From the IMG/VR virus record IMGVR_UViG_2936072512_000001, positions 1-64,000 of that record: a DNA stretch of 64,000 bases. One strand, 5' to 3'. Made by a program: the position numbers and the translations under genes. The notes under the pieces are model-generated. The model was not told where the DNA came from, searched no databases, and saw nothing but the letters and a program-made list of their open reading frames with translations. Below, piece after piece: positions 18,133-28,356 of this stretch (position 1 is the first letter of the stretch; each line of letters begins with the position of its first letter). This stretch comes from a virus. Lineage: Duplodnaviria > Caudoviricetes.

Positions 18133-18711
18133 TCAGCGGGACTTGAGCAGGTTCACCGTGTTGTGGCTCTGCTGGATCGCCAGCCGTACCTGGGCAAGCA
18201 GGAACTGGATGGCCTTCTCGCGCTCCTCCTCGGGGATGCCTCGCAGGTTGCGGATCTGGCGGATCTCGCGCTCCAGCTCGGCGCGTACGGACTCGTGCGT
18301 CAGGCCGGACAGCGCCTCGTAGAGCGCGTCCCGCGCCGGCTGGTCGGGGTCGACCTGCTCCGGGTCCGGCCGCGGATACTTCTGAAGGAGGCCGGCGAGC
18401 AGTTCGGCGGCTGCGCCCTGGTCGACGGCGGCGAGCTGCTCGGGCTCGATGCCCACCGTGTAGGCCATCATGGCGAGCTCGTCGTCGGGGATGGCGCGTC
18501 GTCCCTGTTCGCTCCGGGCCCACTTCATGTCGGTCATCTCGGCGCGGTCGCCGAAGAGGTCGCTCATGAGCCGGGCGGCGCCTCGGAGGGAGAGTTTCTG
18601 GCCTCCAGGCGGGTTCTCCCGGTGTTGGGCGATCAGGTCTGCGGCGGCGCTGTGGTGGGGGCCGCGTGGGGGCCCGGTGGGTTCGTTGGGTATGGCTGAT
18701 GCGGTGGGCAT
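18133..18711 (-). CDS. XRE-like HTH protein, candidate immunity repressor
   Basis: LSLRGAARL...WARSEQG...LAMMAYTVGIEPEQL; divergent from the long early operon. Confidence 0.65.
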   Translation of the reverse strand: MPTASAIPNEPTGPPRGPHHSAAADLIAQHRENPPGGQKLSLRGAARLMSDLFGDRAEMTDMKWARSEQGRRAIPDDELAMMAYTVGIEPEQLAAVDQGAAAELLAGLLQKYPRPDPEQVDPDQPARDALYEALSGLTHESVRAELEREIRQIRNLRGIPEEEREKAIQFLLAQVRLAIQQSHNTVNLLKSR

Positions 18712-19027
18712 GGTGGGTTGCTCCGGGTGTGGCGCAGTGTGGCGTGTGTCGCAACAGTACCAAGTCGAAGCGGTGAAACGCTGTCTGAGGCTGCGATCTC
18801 TCTGTTAGGTCACAGGTTTCGGACCTCTGTTGTTGATCTTGTTTGCGTGCATCTCAGAGGCTTTCAGCCTGGTGAAAGCTGGTGTTGCAGTGTTGTGGAC
18901 CAAATGCAACAGAGGGTGTAGTGTCGTCTGTGTCGCGACATGCGCACGAAGACAAACGATCTTGAAGTGTGAGCGTCCGACCAGCAACTCCCGACCCGCG
19001 CCAACTCCAGGTTCCGCCAGCAATACC

Positions 19028-19041
19028 TAGCGGCACCGCTA
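19028..19041. promoter_or_regulatory. TAGCG-N4-CGCTA palindrome
   Basis: CAATACC-TAGCGGCACCGCTA-C before AGGAG RBS. Confidence 0.75.
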
Positions 19042-19056
19042 CATGTAGGAGCGCCC

Positions 19057-19485
19057 GTGACCCCCACCAGCACGGTCAACCCCTGCCTCGCCGACGACGG
19101 CGAGGACCACCGCGACAAGGTCGCCGACTACCTGGCCCTGCGCGTCGCCGAATGCCGCGACTGCGAGCACGGCCCCCACCTGCGCGGCGCCCTCATCGCC
19201 CTGCTCGACGATGACGACTACACCGCCGACAGCATGATCAACGCCGCCGTCATGGCCGCCACCGACCTGCCCGCCTACTCCGTGATGAGCGACCTGTTCG
19301 ACAACCCGCTCGTCTTCACCGGCACCGGCGCCGACCACCTCGGCCACCAGATCGCCGCCTACGCCGAGCGCTTCCTCTCCCTGCCCGGCGAGGTCGTCAT
19401 CGACGAGACGATGACCAGCGGCACCTTGCGCCCGCACGGCGGCGTCACCCACCCGCTCGCCGTCGCCGCGGTGGTGACCCAGTGA
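19057..19485 (+). CDS. hypothetical protein
   Basis: AGGAG RBS; first gene of the rightward operon. Confidence 0.7.
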   Translation: MTPTSTVNPCLADDGEDHRDKVADYLALRVAECRDCEHGPHLRGALIALLDDDDYTADSMINAAVMAATDLPAYSVMSDLFDNPLVFTGTGADHLGHQIAAYAERFLSLPGEVVIDETMTSGTLRPHGGVTHPLAVAAVVTQ

Positions 19486-19850
19486 TCGCCGTCGCGCTGG
19501 CGTTCGCGGCCCTGACCGCGGCGGTGCTCCTGCTGGCCCGCGTCCGTCTGGACGGGTTCGCCATCACGCTCGTGGCCGTGGTCACCGCGCTCCTCGCCGC
19601 CGTCGACCTGCCCGAAGGTGAGGACCAGTGAAGTACCGGAAGCTGTTCGGCGAGGTCGCCGAGACCGACATCGAGACGATGATCACCTACCTGAAGGCTC
19701 GCGACCCGTACGGCGAGGAACGCCTCATCCCGTGGCGCGGCGGCCCCGCCCTCGGCTACTACGCCGAGCTCGACGCCTACATGGAGCGCAGCCAGTGACC
19801 GCGACACCGACACCCCATCAGCACAACCCCGGTACGGAGATCCCCAGCTC

Positions 19851-20387
19851 ATGAACATCACCATCAGCGTCGACGAGATCAGCCTCGCGACCGTCGTCGC
19901 CGACACGATCGCCTACGACGAAGAAGGCGACGCCATCATCTCGGGCGAGAAGACCGTCGCCGACCTCGTCGCCGCCCAGATCGTCGAGCGCCTCACCCGA
20001 GATGACCACTGGCCCCGGATGCGCGAGCAGGTCATGGAGATCCGCAAGGAGCAGATCCGGGAGGCCTTGCGCCCCACCATCGACACCGCGCTCAACCGCC
20101 CGATCTTCAAGACGAACGGGTACGGCGAGCGCATCGGCCAGGAGACCACCCTCTCCGAGCTGATCTCGGACGAGGCCCGCGCCTGGCTGACCGCGCCAGC
20201 CAACCAGTACCGCAGGGAGGACGGCACCCTCCTGGAGCAGGCCATCCGCGCCGAGGTGAAGCACGTCGTCCAGAAGCTGGTCGCCGACGCCGTACAGAAG
20301 GCCGTCGCCGCGATGGAGGACAAGATCGCCGCACAGGCCGAGCAGCTCATCGCCGACACCGCGAAGAAGACGCGAGGCGGCAAGTGA
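19851..20387 (+). CDS. hypothetical phage protein
   Basis: GGAG RBS, typical codon usage. Confidence 0.75.
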   Translation: MNITISVDEISLATVVADTIAYDEEGDAIISGEKTVADLVAAQIVERLTRDDHWPRMREQVMEIRKEQIREALRPTIDTALNRPIFKTNGYGERIGQETTLSELISDEARAWLTAPANQYRREDGTLLEQAIRAEVKHVVQKLVADAVQKAVAAMEDKIAAQAEQLIADTAKKTRGGK

Positions 20388-20797
20388 GCACACAACAGTT
20401 CCGCGTGGGCGACCACGTCAGGGCCGTCATCATCGGCACCATCGCCTCACACGATGACATCGAGCGGCCCGGACACCTGTGCATCCGAAACGGCACCGGC
20501 GACTACAGGAGCCCAGAGCGGGCTGGCAGGTTCTCCTGCGTGCTGCTGGACGACCCGCATGTCACCGTCGAGCTGCTCGCGCCCGCCGAGTGGCCGCCCC
20601 GGCCCGGCGACACCTGGGAGCACGACGGCGAGCCGTGGTTCGCCGTCGACCGCCCGCTCTACGACCACCCGTGCACCCGGATGATCAACCACCGGGGCAT
20701 GGAGTGGCCCGGTGAACTCGACGACCTCCTCCAGAGCAAGCCCGGCGACTGGACCCTCATCCACCGCGCCGCCAGCCTCACCGAGGACGGCGAATGA
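20384..20797 (+). CDS. hypothetical protein
   Basis: coupled overlaps. Confidence 0.65.
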   Translation: MSTQQFRVGDHVRAVIIGTIASHDDIERPGHLCIRNGTGDYRSPERAGRFSCVLLDDPHVTVELLAPAEWPPRPGDTWEHDGEPWFAVDRPLYDHPCTRMINHRGMEWPGELDDLLQSKPGDWTLIHRAASLTEDGE

Positions 20798-21738
20798 GCA
20801 CCCTCGCCGAACTCGCCGGCCTGACGGCCGACCAGGTGCCCACGGTCGAGCCGGGCTCGCCGGAGTGGCTGCGCTACATGTCCGCGTCCAAGATCGCGGC
20901 TGTGGTCGGGCTGAACCCGTGGGAGTCGAAGTACTCGATGTGGTGCGTCATGTCGGGCCTGCTCGACCCGGCGCCGGAGACCGACCAGCAGCGGCGCGGC
21001 CACTACCTCGAACCGGCCGTGGCCGCGTGGCTGGCCGACCAGCACCCCGAGTATGAGATGCGGCCGGGCGGCTCCTGGGTCAGCCGCGAACACCCCTGGT
21101 ATCTCGCCTCGCCCGACCGGCTGTTCTGCGTCGACGGGCGCGTGGCCGAGCTGGTCGAGGTGAAGAGCGACGCCAACGGCGAGGAATGGGGCGAGCCCGG
21201 CACCGACGAGATCCCGATCTACTACCGGGTGCAGGTGCAGGTCCAGATGGACGTGCTGGGCGTGCACAGGACCCGGCTCGGGCTCATCACCGGCCGCCTG
21301 GAGTTCCGCGAGTACATCGTCGACTACGACGTCGACGACGCCGAATACCTTCGCGCCGAAGCCGAGGAGTTCCTGCTGTCGATCGCCTGGGGCGAGATGC
21401 CGCCCATCGACGGCCACCGGGCCACGGTCACCTCGATCCGCAGGCGGCACCCGCTCATCGACCCCAAGACGTTCTTCGACGTGCCCGACGACCTGGCCAC
21501 CCGGGTGATCCCCGTGCTGGAGGCAGAGAAGGGCGCCGAGCAGGACCTCAAGCAGGCCAAAGAGCGGGCGGCCAAGGCCCGCGCCGAACTGCTCGACGCC
21601 ATGGGCACCCGGGCGACCGCCCGCTACGCCGACACGAACTTCGCCAGGCGGCAGGCCAAGAAGGGCGGCCTGCCGTACCTCGTCGTCGACTCCGCCCTTC
21701 CTCCCGCCCCCGAACCGCAAGGAGCCGCAGCAGCATGA
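20794..21738 (+). CDS. YqaJ / lambda-exonuclease family protein
   Basis: GSPEWL, ASKIAA, GHYLEP, ASPDR, EVK, YRVQVQVQM. Confidence 0.92.
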   Translation: MSTLAELAGLTADQVPTVEPGSPEWLRYMSASKIAAVVGLNPWESKYSMWCVMSGLLDPAPETDQQRRGHYLEPAVAAWLADQHPEYEMRPGGSWVSREHPWYLASPDRLFCVDGRVAELVEVKSDANGEEWGEPGTDEIPIYYRVQVQVQMDVLGVHRTRLGLITGRLEFREYIVDYDVDDAEYLRAEAEEFLLSIAWGEMPPIDGHRATVTSIRRRHPLIDPKTFFDVPDDLATRVIPVLEAEKGAEQDLKQAKERAAKARAELLDAMGTRATARYADTNFARRQAKKGGLPYLVVDSALPPAPEPQGAAAA

Positions 21739-23072
21739 CGACTGCTACCGACAACCTGCCCGCCGTCCAGGCGAACGGCGCGCTGGCCATCCAGGCCGAC
21801 CAGACGATGTGGACCGCCGAGCAGCGACACGTCCTGGCCCAGCTCGGCGTCGCCGAGGACTGCCCCAACGCCGTCCTGGCCGGATACCTGCACCTGTGCC
21901 AGCGGCGCGGCCTGGACCCGTTCCTCAAGCAGGTGTACCTGATCGGCCGCCGCCAGCGGCAGCAGGACAACAGCTACCGGACCGTCTACACGCCGCAGAC
22001 CGGCATCGACGGCTACCGCGTACTCGCCCAGCGCGCCGCCCACCGCGCGGGCGTGAAGTACGGCTACGAGGACACCATCTGGTTCGCCCCGGACGGCTCC
22101 AAGCACGAGGTGTGGCTGTGGAACGACCGGCCGCCCGCAGCCGCGAAGATCACCGTCGTAGTGAACGGGCAGCGCTTCTCCGGCGTCGCCAACTTCGCCT
22201 CCTACGCCGACACCGACCGCGACGGCAAGCCGAAGAACCGGTGGAAGACCGACCCGGCCGGCATGACCGCCAAGTGCGCCGAAGCCCAGGCGCTGCGCAA
22301 GGCGTTCCCGGAGGACCTCGGCGACCTGTACACCCACGAGGAGATGGAGCACCTGGTCGACGACGAGGAGGTCTCACAGGCTCCCCCGCAGACCGTCCGG
22401 GAAGCGGCCCAGGCCAAGGCCGGGGCTTCGGCGACCGTGATGGTCTCCAAGGAGAAGCGGCACCTGCTCGCCCGCAAAATGGACGAACTCGGCGTCACCG
22501 ACAAGCTCGGCTACCTCCACCTGGTGCACCCCGACCACACCTTCGAGTCCAGCGGCGACCTCACCGCCGCCCAGGCCGAGCAGGTGCTCGCCGCCCTCCA
22601 CCGGGGCGACCACCTGCAGCCGGTCGACGGCGGGGGCGAACCCGACGAGGCCCAGGCAGCGGCAGGGCAGCCGGAAGCCGCGAAGCTGTCCAAGTCGAAG
22701 GCGGCCGAGGTCAACACCTGGCTCACCGAGGCCGGAATCGACAAGGACGCCCGCTTCGCCTGGCTCGCCGAGCAGGGCATCGCTCAGGTGTCCTCCACCA
22801 GCGACCTCACCCCGGAGCAGGCCACCGAGGCCATCATCCGCCTGACTCCGCTCACCGCTCAGCGGCGCGAGGACCTGCGCCAGCGCATCATCAACGTCTG
22901 GACCGACATGGACGGCACGCCGGAGCAGCTGTCGGCAGTGTTCTGCCGCGAGATGAAGGTTCCCGACGTGGCCAGCGCGTCCAACAGCAAGTACGCCACG
23001 TTCCTGAAGAAGCTCGCCGACGACAAGGTCAAGCCCGGCGAGCGCCTGCACCAGGACGAGCCCGAGTTCTAG
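21735..23072 (+). CDS. bet: RecT/Bet ssDNA-annealing protein
   Basis: GLDPFLKQVY, GIDGYR, W...PAGMTAKCAEAQALRKAFP..LGDLYTHEEM. Confidence 0.88.
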   Translation: MTTATDNLPAVQANGALAIQADQTMWTAEQRHVLAQLGVAEDCPNAVLAGYLHLCQRRGLDPFLKQVYLIGRRQRQQDNSYRTVYTPQTGIDGYRVLAQRAAHRAGVKYGYEDTIWFAPDGSKHEVWLWNDRPPAAAKITVVVNGQRFSGVANFASYADTDRDGKPKNRWKTDPAGMTAKCAEAQALRKAFPEDLGDLYTHEEMEHLVDDEEVSQAPPQTVREAAQAKAGASATVMVSKEKRHLLARKMDELGVTDKLGYLHLVHPDHTFESSGDLTAAQAEQVLAALHRGDHLQPVDGGGEPDEAQAAAGQPEAAKLSKSKAAEVNTWLTEAGIDKDARFAWLAEQGIAQVSSTSDLTPEQATEAIIRLTPLTAQRREDLRQRIINVWTDMDGTPEQLSAVFCREMKVPDVASASNSKYATFLKKLADDKVKPGERLHQDEPEF

Positions 23073-23076
23073 AACG

Positions 23077-23090
23077 TAGCGGCACCGCTA
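23077..23090. promoter_or_regulatory. TAGCG-N4-CGCTA palindrome
   Basis: CG-TAGCGGCACCGCTA-CG right after the recT stop. Confidence 0.75.
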
Positions 23091-23191
23091 CGAACCATGA
23101 TCGCCGTCCGGGCACCTGCGCGCACCCACCCGGTGCAACTCGAGGCCGGGTGCCCGGACGGACCCAACCTCATCCCTCTGAGAGGCCCCGC

Positions 23192-23503
23192 ATGACCACC
23201 AACTACCAGCCCACGCCTCAGCCCCAGCCCTCGCACGAGGTGCCGTACACCGAGGAGGTCATCGGCGAGCTGCGCCGCATCATCGACCGGATCGAGGTCG
23301 CGCGGAAGGAGCAGCACGGCGTCATCGCGCAGTCCCACGCAGCGACTAGGCACGCCCAGACGCTTCTGGACTCCTACGACAACTACGAGCAGCAGGTCCG
23401 GCAGCTCATCGACAAGGCCGAGTCCAACCGTGCCCCCGCGCCTCCATCCAGCGACCAGCCCCCGGTCTCCACCACCCCCACCGAGTTCCAGAACGGAGCA
23501 TGA
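23192..23503 (+). CDS. hypothetical protein
   Basis: GAGAGG RBS. Confidence 0.6.
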   Translation: MTTNYQPTPQPQPSHEVPYTEEVIGELRRIIDRIEVARKEQHGVIAQSHAATRHAQTLLDSYDNYEQQVRQLIDKAESNRAPAPPSSDQPPVSTTPTEFQNGA

Positions 23504-23760
23504 CCATGCCCATCGCCACCCCCGCCATCGACCTCATCACCCCGGAGATCGCCGGGCACCTGCTGTGGAGCGAAGGCATCGACGACGGCGTCCCGCCGTC
23601 GTCGCCGTTCGTGCCGCTGCTGCTGCTCGCCATCGACGCCGCCAGCGCCAGCGACCGGCTGAAGCTGGCCGCCGAGTACGGCGGCTACGTCGCCGCGCAC
23701 CAGGTGCTGAAGGACGGCGGCGAGAAGGCGCTCCGCGAGCGCGCCAGGGGCGCGTGCTGA
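23500..23760 (+). CDS. hypothetical protein
   Basis: ATGA overlap. Confidence 0.65.
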   Translation: MTMPIATPAIDLITPEIAGHLLWSEGIDDGVPPSSPFVPLLLLAIDAASASDRLKLAAEYGGYVAAHQVLKDGGEKALRERARGAC

Positions 23761-24038
23761 TGGCTGGTCTCGCCGTCGTGATCACGGTCCTGCTGATCTG
23801 CGCGACACCCTTCCTGGTCGTCTGGGTCGGCGACCGCCGCGACAGCAGGCTCGCCCACCTGCGCACCGCTCTGCGCGACACCACCGGCGAGCTCGACGAG
23901 CACCGACAGCTCGTCCGCTCCATCACCGAGCTCGCCGGACAGGGCGAGCGGGTCGGTGACACCTCCGCGGCCCTCGTCATGGAGGCCGTCCGCACCTTCG
24001 AGGCCCGGCCTCGCACCCCTCAGAGAGGCAAGAATTGA
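23760..24038 (+). CDS. membrane-anchored hypothetical protein
   Basis: N-terminal TM; TGATG overlap. Confidence 0.6.
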   Translation: MAGLAVVITVLLICATPFLVVWVGDRRDSRLAHLRTALRDTTGELDEHRQLVRSITELAGQGERVGDTSAALVMEAVRTFEARPRTPQRGKN

Positions 24039-24943
24039 ACCGCAAGACCCTCGCCGCCGCGTTCCTCGGCGCTGTCGTCCTGACCGGCTGCTCGGTGGAG
24101 ACCGAGACCAACGAGCAGGCCATCGACTACGACTACGACATGTTCTCCGGCACCACGGAGAAGGAGTCGTGCGTCGCCCCCGGCCAGCGCTCATGGCTCG
24201 ACGTCAACGACTACGGCGTGGTCCTGCCCGCCGACACCCGCACCTTCGAGTTCGCGGGCACCCCCGACGCCGGCCGCCCGGGCGGCTTCCTCGTCAAGGA
24301 GGGCGCCGAAGCCGGACCCATCACCGTGTCGGCCGCGGGCAACATCACGATGTTGGTCAGCGGCGTCGCCGCGTTCGACCTCACCACCAACTGCGACACC
24401 CTGGACGCCTTCTGGCGCAAGGTCGGCCGCAAGTACGCCGCCGACACCCCCGAAGGGTGGCGGCGCATGCTCGGCGTCGTCGTCCAGCAGCCGCTCGACC
24501 GGGCGATGGACGCCGCCGCCAAGCCGTACACGTGGGAGCAGCTGTCCGGCGACAACAACATCAAGCAGGCGTGGGAGAAGGAAGTCGCCAGGCTCGCGCA
24601 GGAGTTCGTCAAGGAGCAGACCGGCGCGGAGTACTTCACGAACTTCAAGCTGACGCTGCAGATGCCGGTGCCTCCGGCCAGTCTGCAGGACGCCAAGACG
24701 GCCAAGGAGGTCGCCGCCCAGCGCAACGAGGCGCAGATCGCCGAGAACACCCGCGCCGCCACCGAGAGCGAGCAGATCAAGAAGCTCGTCGAGATCCTCG
24801 GCCGCGACGGAGCGGTCGCGTGGAAGGCCGCGCAGCTGCAGGCCGAGGTGCTGATGAAGGCCGTCGAGCGCGGCCAGCTGCAGGTGTACGTCGCTGGCAA
24901 CGGCGCCCTGAACGTGGCGCCCAAGGGCGGCTCTCTCCAGTGA
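24035..24943 (+). CDS. SPFH/band-7 domain lipoprotein
   Basis: lipobox LTGC, SPFH-like core, C-terminal coiled coil. Confidence 0.75.
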   Translation: MNRKTLAAAFLGAVVLTGCSVETETNEQAIDYDYDMFSGTTEKESCVAPGQRSWLDVNDYGVVLPADTRTFEFAGTPDAGRPGGFLVKEGAEAGPITVSAAGNITMLVSGVAAFDLTTNCDTLDAFWRKVGRKYAADTPEGWRRMLGVVVQQPLDRAMDAAAKPYTWEQLSGDNNIKQAWEKEVARLAQEFVKEQTGAEYFTNFKLTLQMPVPPASLQDAKTAKEVAAQRNEAQIAENTRAATESEQIKKLVEILGRDGAVAWKAAQLQAEVLMKAVERGQLQVYVAGNGALNVAPKGGSLQ

Positions 24944-25047
24944 CCGACTGGACCCCGCTCGTGCAGATCCTCGTCCTGGTCCTCGTGGCCTGGGCGGGGT
25001 TCTGCATCGTCTGGCACTTCCTCACCAAAGACAAGGACTGACCCCTC

Positions 25048-25848
25048 ATGACGTTGCAACTGTCCCATCTGGCCAGCGGCGACATGCTGCGCAAGCTCGA
25101 CTCGGCAACGAAGTACCCGTCCATCCCGACCTACCACACGATCGACGAGCACCCGCGCGGCAAGGGCCGTCTCCTCGAGGACAACCCGATCTCCTTCACC
25201 GGCACCGCCTACGCCTACGAGAAGGTCGACGGCTCCAACGCCCGCATCATCGTCCTGCCGCACTCGGCTGGCTGGCTGATCGGCTCACGCGACGAGCTCC
25301 TCGCCGTGCAGGGCGACCTGCTGCACAACCCGTCGCTGCGGATCGTCGAGGCCCTGGAGAGCCTGGCCAAGGAGCTGACGAACCCGCTGGGCTACGCGAT
25401 CATGACTGCCTACCTGGAGGTGTACGGCGACCGCCGCACCCCGGCCTGGCAGAGCTACGGCGACGGCAAGCAGGTGTCGGCCCGCCTGTTCGACGTCAGC
25501 CTCGTCCCGGTCAGGGTGCTCGACCGGGACCTGGACCGGATCGCCTCCTGGCGCGACCACGGCGGCCAGGAATGGCTCAACGTGGACGACCTGGCTTCCT
25601 ACGCCCTCCAGCACAGCGTGTCGCAGGTGCCGTACCTGTTCGAGACGCCCGGCGCGTCCCTGCCGCGCAGCATCGACGACGCCCTGGCGCTGCTGCAGCC
25701 GTACGCCACCACGCAGGCGGGCATCGCCGGCGAGCCGGGCGCGGCCGAGGGCATCGTGCTGTCGTCGGCGGACCGCCGTACCAAGGCGAAGCTGCGGTTC
25801 AAGGACTACAACCGCACCCTGCGGCTGCGTGCGGAGGCCCAGGCGTGA
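25048..25848 (+). CDS. RNA ligase family (ATP-dependent nucleotidyltransferase)
   Basis: motif I EKVDGSN, EVYG, LFD, EGIV, KAKLR. Confidence 0.8.
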   Translation: MTLQLSHLASGDMLRKLDSATKYPSIPTYHTIDEHPRGKGRLLEDNPISFTGTAYAYEKVDGSNARIIVLPHSAGWLIGSRDELLAVQGDLLHNPSLRIVEALESLAKELTNPLGYAIMTAYLEVYGDRRTPAWQSYGDGKQVSARLFDVSLVPVRVLDRDLDRIASWRDHGGQEWLNVDDLASYALQHSVSQVPYLFETPGASLPRSIDDALALLQPYATTQAGIAGEPGAAEGIVLSSADRRTKAKLRFKDYNRTLRLRAEAQA

Positions 25849-26246
25849 CCGACGACAGCGCGCCCACCTGGGCCGTCCGCGCCAACGCCGTGGCGCACCT
25901 GGGCCGCGTCGGCTGGATCCAGCGCCGCTACGCCGCCACCCGCAACGACGGCGGGGCCTGCTGCCTGGTCGAGTCGATCGGCCGGGGCGCCGGCCTGCCG
26001 CCGCTCGCCCTGACCGGCGACCGGCCCAAGCAGCACATCCGCGACACCTACCCCGAGCAGCTGCGCGCCGCCGAAGCCACCATCGGCGTGGTGGCCGCGG
26101 AGCTGGGGCGGCCGAAGAGCACGTCGATCTCGGCGCAGGACTGGCTGGCGAACTGGAACGACCACAAGGAGCGCACGTTCCCGCAGGTGGTCGAAGCGCT
26201 CATGGGTGACCACATCCTCGAAATCCTCGCCGGAGCACACGCGTGA
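25845..26246 (+). CDS. hypothetical protein (DUF6197-like)
   Basis: GWIQ...CCLV...WND..RT..QV pattern. Confidence 0.6.
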   Translation: MTDDSAPTWAVRANAVAHLGRVGWIQRRYAATRNDGGACCLVESIGRGAGLPPLALTGDRPKQHIRDTYPEQLRAAEATIGVVAAELGRPKSTSISAQDWLANWNDHKERTFPQVVEALMGDHILEILAGAHA

Positions 26247-26515
26247 TCGCGGCGGCGTGGGCGGCCATCGGGTCGGTGATCGCGATCATCGCGAGCATCC
26301 TCGGATGGCTGACGCTGGCCTGGCTGGTGATCGGCTTCACCTACGCCTGGTGGCGGCAGCACCGCTCCAGGCGGGTCGCCCGCGCCGCCGCACGGCAGGC
26401 CGCCAAGGCCCGGCACCCCTCCTCCCTCGCCCAGCAGCCTCGACAGCCAGACCCGGTGTTCGACGCGCTGCTCGACGACCACCCCGAACTCCACGACCTG
26501 AAGGACAGAAAGTGA
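26243..26515 (+). CDS. membrane protein
   Basis: hydrophobic N-terminus. Confidence 0.6.
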   Translation: MIAAAWAAIGSVIAIIASILGWLTLAWLVIGFTYAWWRQHRSRRVARAAARQAAKARHPSSLAQQPRQPDPVFDALLDDHPELHDLKDRK

Positions 26516-27024
26516 CAGAGCCGGAGATCACCATCACGGTGTACGGCAAGCCAGCGCCGCAGGGGTCGAAGCGGCACGTCGGCAATGGCCGCATGATCGA
26601 GCAGGTCAAGGGCGTCAAGCCGTGGCGTGCCAGCGTGGTCCGCGACGCCACCGCGCAGCTGCGGGCGCTCAGCGTCCAGCGCTACGGCGGCGTCGGCCAG
26701 GTGTCGATGCTGCGCCTGGACGGCCAGCTGGAGGCGTCGATGGCGTTCACCATGCGCGCCAAGCCGACGTCGAAGCCGTCCTGGTGGCCGCCGTCCGAGC
26801 CGTGGTCGAGGCACCTGTGGTGGTACCCGGCCAGCCGCCCCGACCTGTCCAAGCTGGTGCGCTCCACAGAGGACGCACTGACCGACGCCGGAGTTTGGGC
26901 CGACGACGGGCGCGTGGTCCGCTACCGCGACGTGGTCGAGATGTACGTCGGCGACCCGCGCGAACCCCACGCGCTCGACCAGCCCGGCGCCGTCATCCGC
27001 ATCTGGAAGGTGGCAGCGCCGTGA
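26512..27024 (+). CDS. rusA: RusA family Holliday junction resolvase
   Basis: GKPAPQGSKR; PDLSKLVRSTEDALT..WADDGRVV. Confidence 0.88.
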   Translation: MTEPEITITVYGKPAPQGSKRHVGNGRMIEQVKGVKPWRASVVRDATAQLRALSVQRYGGVGQVSMLRLDGQLEASMAFTMRAKPTSKPSWWPPSEPWSRHLWWYPASRPDLSKLVRSTEDALTDAGVWADDGRVVRYRDVVEMYVGDPREPHALDQPGAVIRIWKVAAP

Positions 27025-27197
27025 CCGGCCCGCGGCTGGTCGGCGCTGCCCTGATCGCGCTGGTGTTCCTCGTCCTGTTCGGGCTGTCGGTGTGGACCAT
27101 CGGATGGAAGCACTCGGCGGGCATCTTCGGCGCGGCCCTGGCGCTCATCGTCGTCCTCATGGCCGGGGCGTTCCTCCTGTCCGGAGGTGCCGGATGA
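27021..27197 (+). CDS. small two-TM protein
   Basis: hydrophobic; coupled. Confidence 0.55.
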   Translation: MTGPRLVGAALIALVFLVLFGLSVWTIGWKHSAGIFGAALALIVVLMAGAFLLSGGAG

Positions 27198-27607
27198 CGC
27201 CCGTCGAAGCCTCGTGGGTGCGTAAGCACGCGTGGACGCAGGCGATGCGCAGGTGCTGGAAGGACACCCCGGCCTACTACTCCAGCTGCTCCTGCCAGTA
27301 CGGCGAGTGCGTCAGCTGCCGCGACGGAAAACACCGGCACTGCAGCCGCGGCTACGCGCTGCGCCGCACCGAAACCATGATCACCGACAGGCGGGGGCGT
27401 GCCCTCTACCTGCCGGACTACTACACGCACCCGAGCAACGTGTCCGCGACCGGCCCGGCCCGCACCAACGTGGCGCAGGTGTGGCTCGCCGACCGCACCT
27501 GCCGGTGGCTGTGCCCCTGCCCCTGCCGCAGCATCGGCGAACCCGTCTACACCCCGAGCGGCTCCCTGCAGGGCCACCAAGCATCCCTGTTCGCCGCACC
27601 CGCCTGA
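27194..27607 (+). CDS. Cys-rich hypothetical protein (DUF6248-like)
   Basis: CSCQ..CVSC..HRHC, CRWLCPCPC. Confidence 0.65.
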   Translation: MTPVEASWVRKHAWTQAMRRCWKDTPAYYSSCSCQYGECVSCRDGKHRHCSRGYALRRTETMITDRRGRALYLPDYYTHPSNVSATGPARTNVAQVWLADRTCRWLCPCPCRSIGEPVYTPSGSLQGHQASLFAAPA

Positions 27608-27637
27608 CCGACTGACCTTTTGGAAGGAACCCCTCTG

Positions 27638-27838
27638 TTGATCACTCCCGATGATGTTCGCACCGTTGCACGCAAGCGCAAGGTCGGCCGCCCGAAGTAC
27701 GGCAAGCGGACCGTGATCTGGTCCGAAGACGGAACCCGGGTGATCGCCGTCGTCGAAGGAGACCACCACGACGACCCGGACACCATCGCCGCGGCCCGCG
27801 CCCTCGCCTACGGCGGCACGCCGGCGAGCGGGCAGTGA
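27638..27838 (+). CDS. hypothetical protein
   Basis: GAAGGA RBS. Confidence 0.55.
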   Translation: MITPDDVRTVARKRKVGRPKYGKRTVIWSEDGTRVIAVVEGDHHDDPDTIAAARALAYGGTPASGQ

Positions 27839-28356
27839 TGGTCTCGAACCTGGCGGGCCCGTGCGCCTCCTGCGGATGGGAGCGCAAGCTGTACCAGCGG
27901 AACCTGTGCTCACCCTGCCGCGCCTACCACCGGGCCAACGCGTCGCTGCACCACTACCCGCCGCGGGTCGCCGCCCGGCACGTGTCGGCGCACGTCGCCG
28001 TCCAGGCGCGCACGTCGGACCCTGCGCTGACCGCGCTCCAGGTCGTGTCCTCGGAGCTGGCCACCGCCCGCCACACCCCGGCCAGCGTGCTGGCCGCCCT
28101 GCACGAGGCCGGCTTCACCTTGACGGCGCCCGCGACCGACTACACCGGATGGCTGCCCCGCACCCCGGAAGGGCATCGGGCCGTCAACGCCTACGTGGAG
28201 CTTGTCCGCAAGGACGTGCCGCTGGACGCGATCGAGGCGTGCACCGGCAAGGGCGTGCGCACCCTGCAGCGCTACCACAGCGCCGCGCTCGTCCTCGGCC
28301 TCCTGCCGCCCACCCAGCAGCTGCAGCACAGCATGAGCGGGGCGAGCCCGTCATGA
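27835..28356 (+). CDS. hypothetical protein with N-terminal Zn finger and C-terminal HTH-like segment
   Basis: CASC..CSPC; GKGVRTLQRY. Confidence 0.6.
   Translation: MMVSNLAGPCASCGWERKLYQRNLCSPCRAYHRANASLHHYPPRVAARHVSAHVAVQARTSDPALTALQVVSSELATARHTPASVLAALHEAGFTLTAPATDYTGWLPRTPEGHRAVNAYVELVRKDVPLDAIEACTGKGVRTLQRYHSAALVLGLLPPTQQLQHSMSGASPS

Noticed and set aside
18718-19036. Small ORFs in the switch region as a cro gene
   Set aside because: No HTH, no RBS and atypical codons; treated as intergenic control DNA
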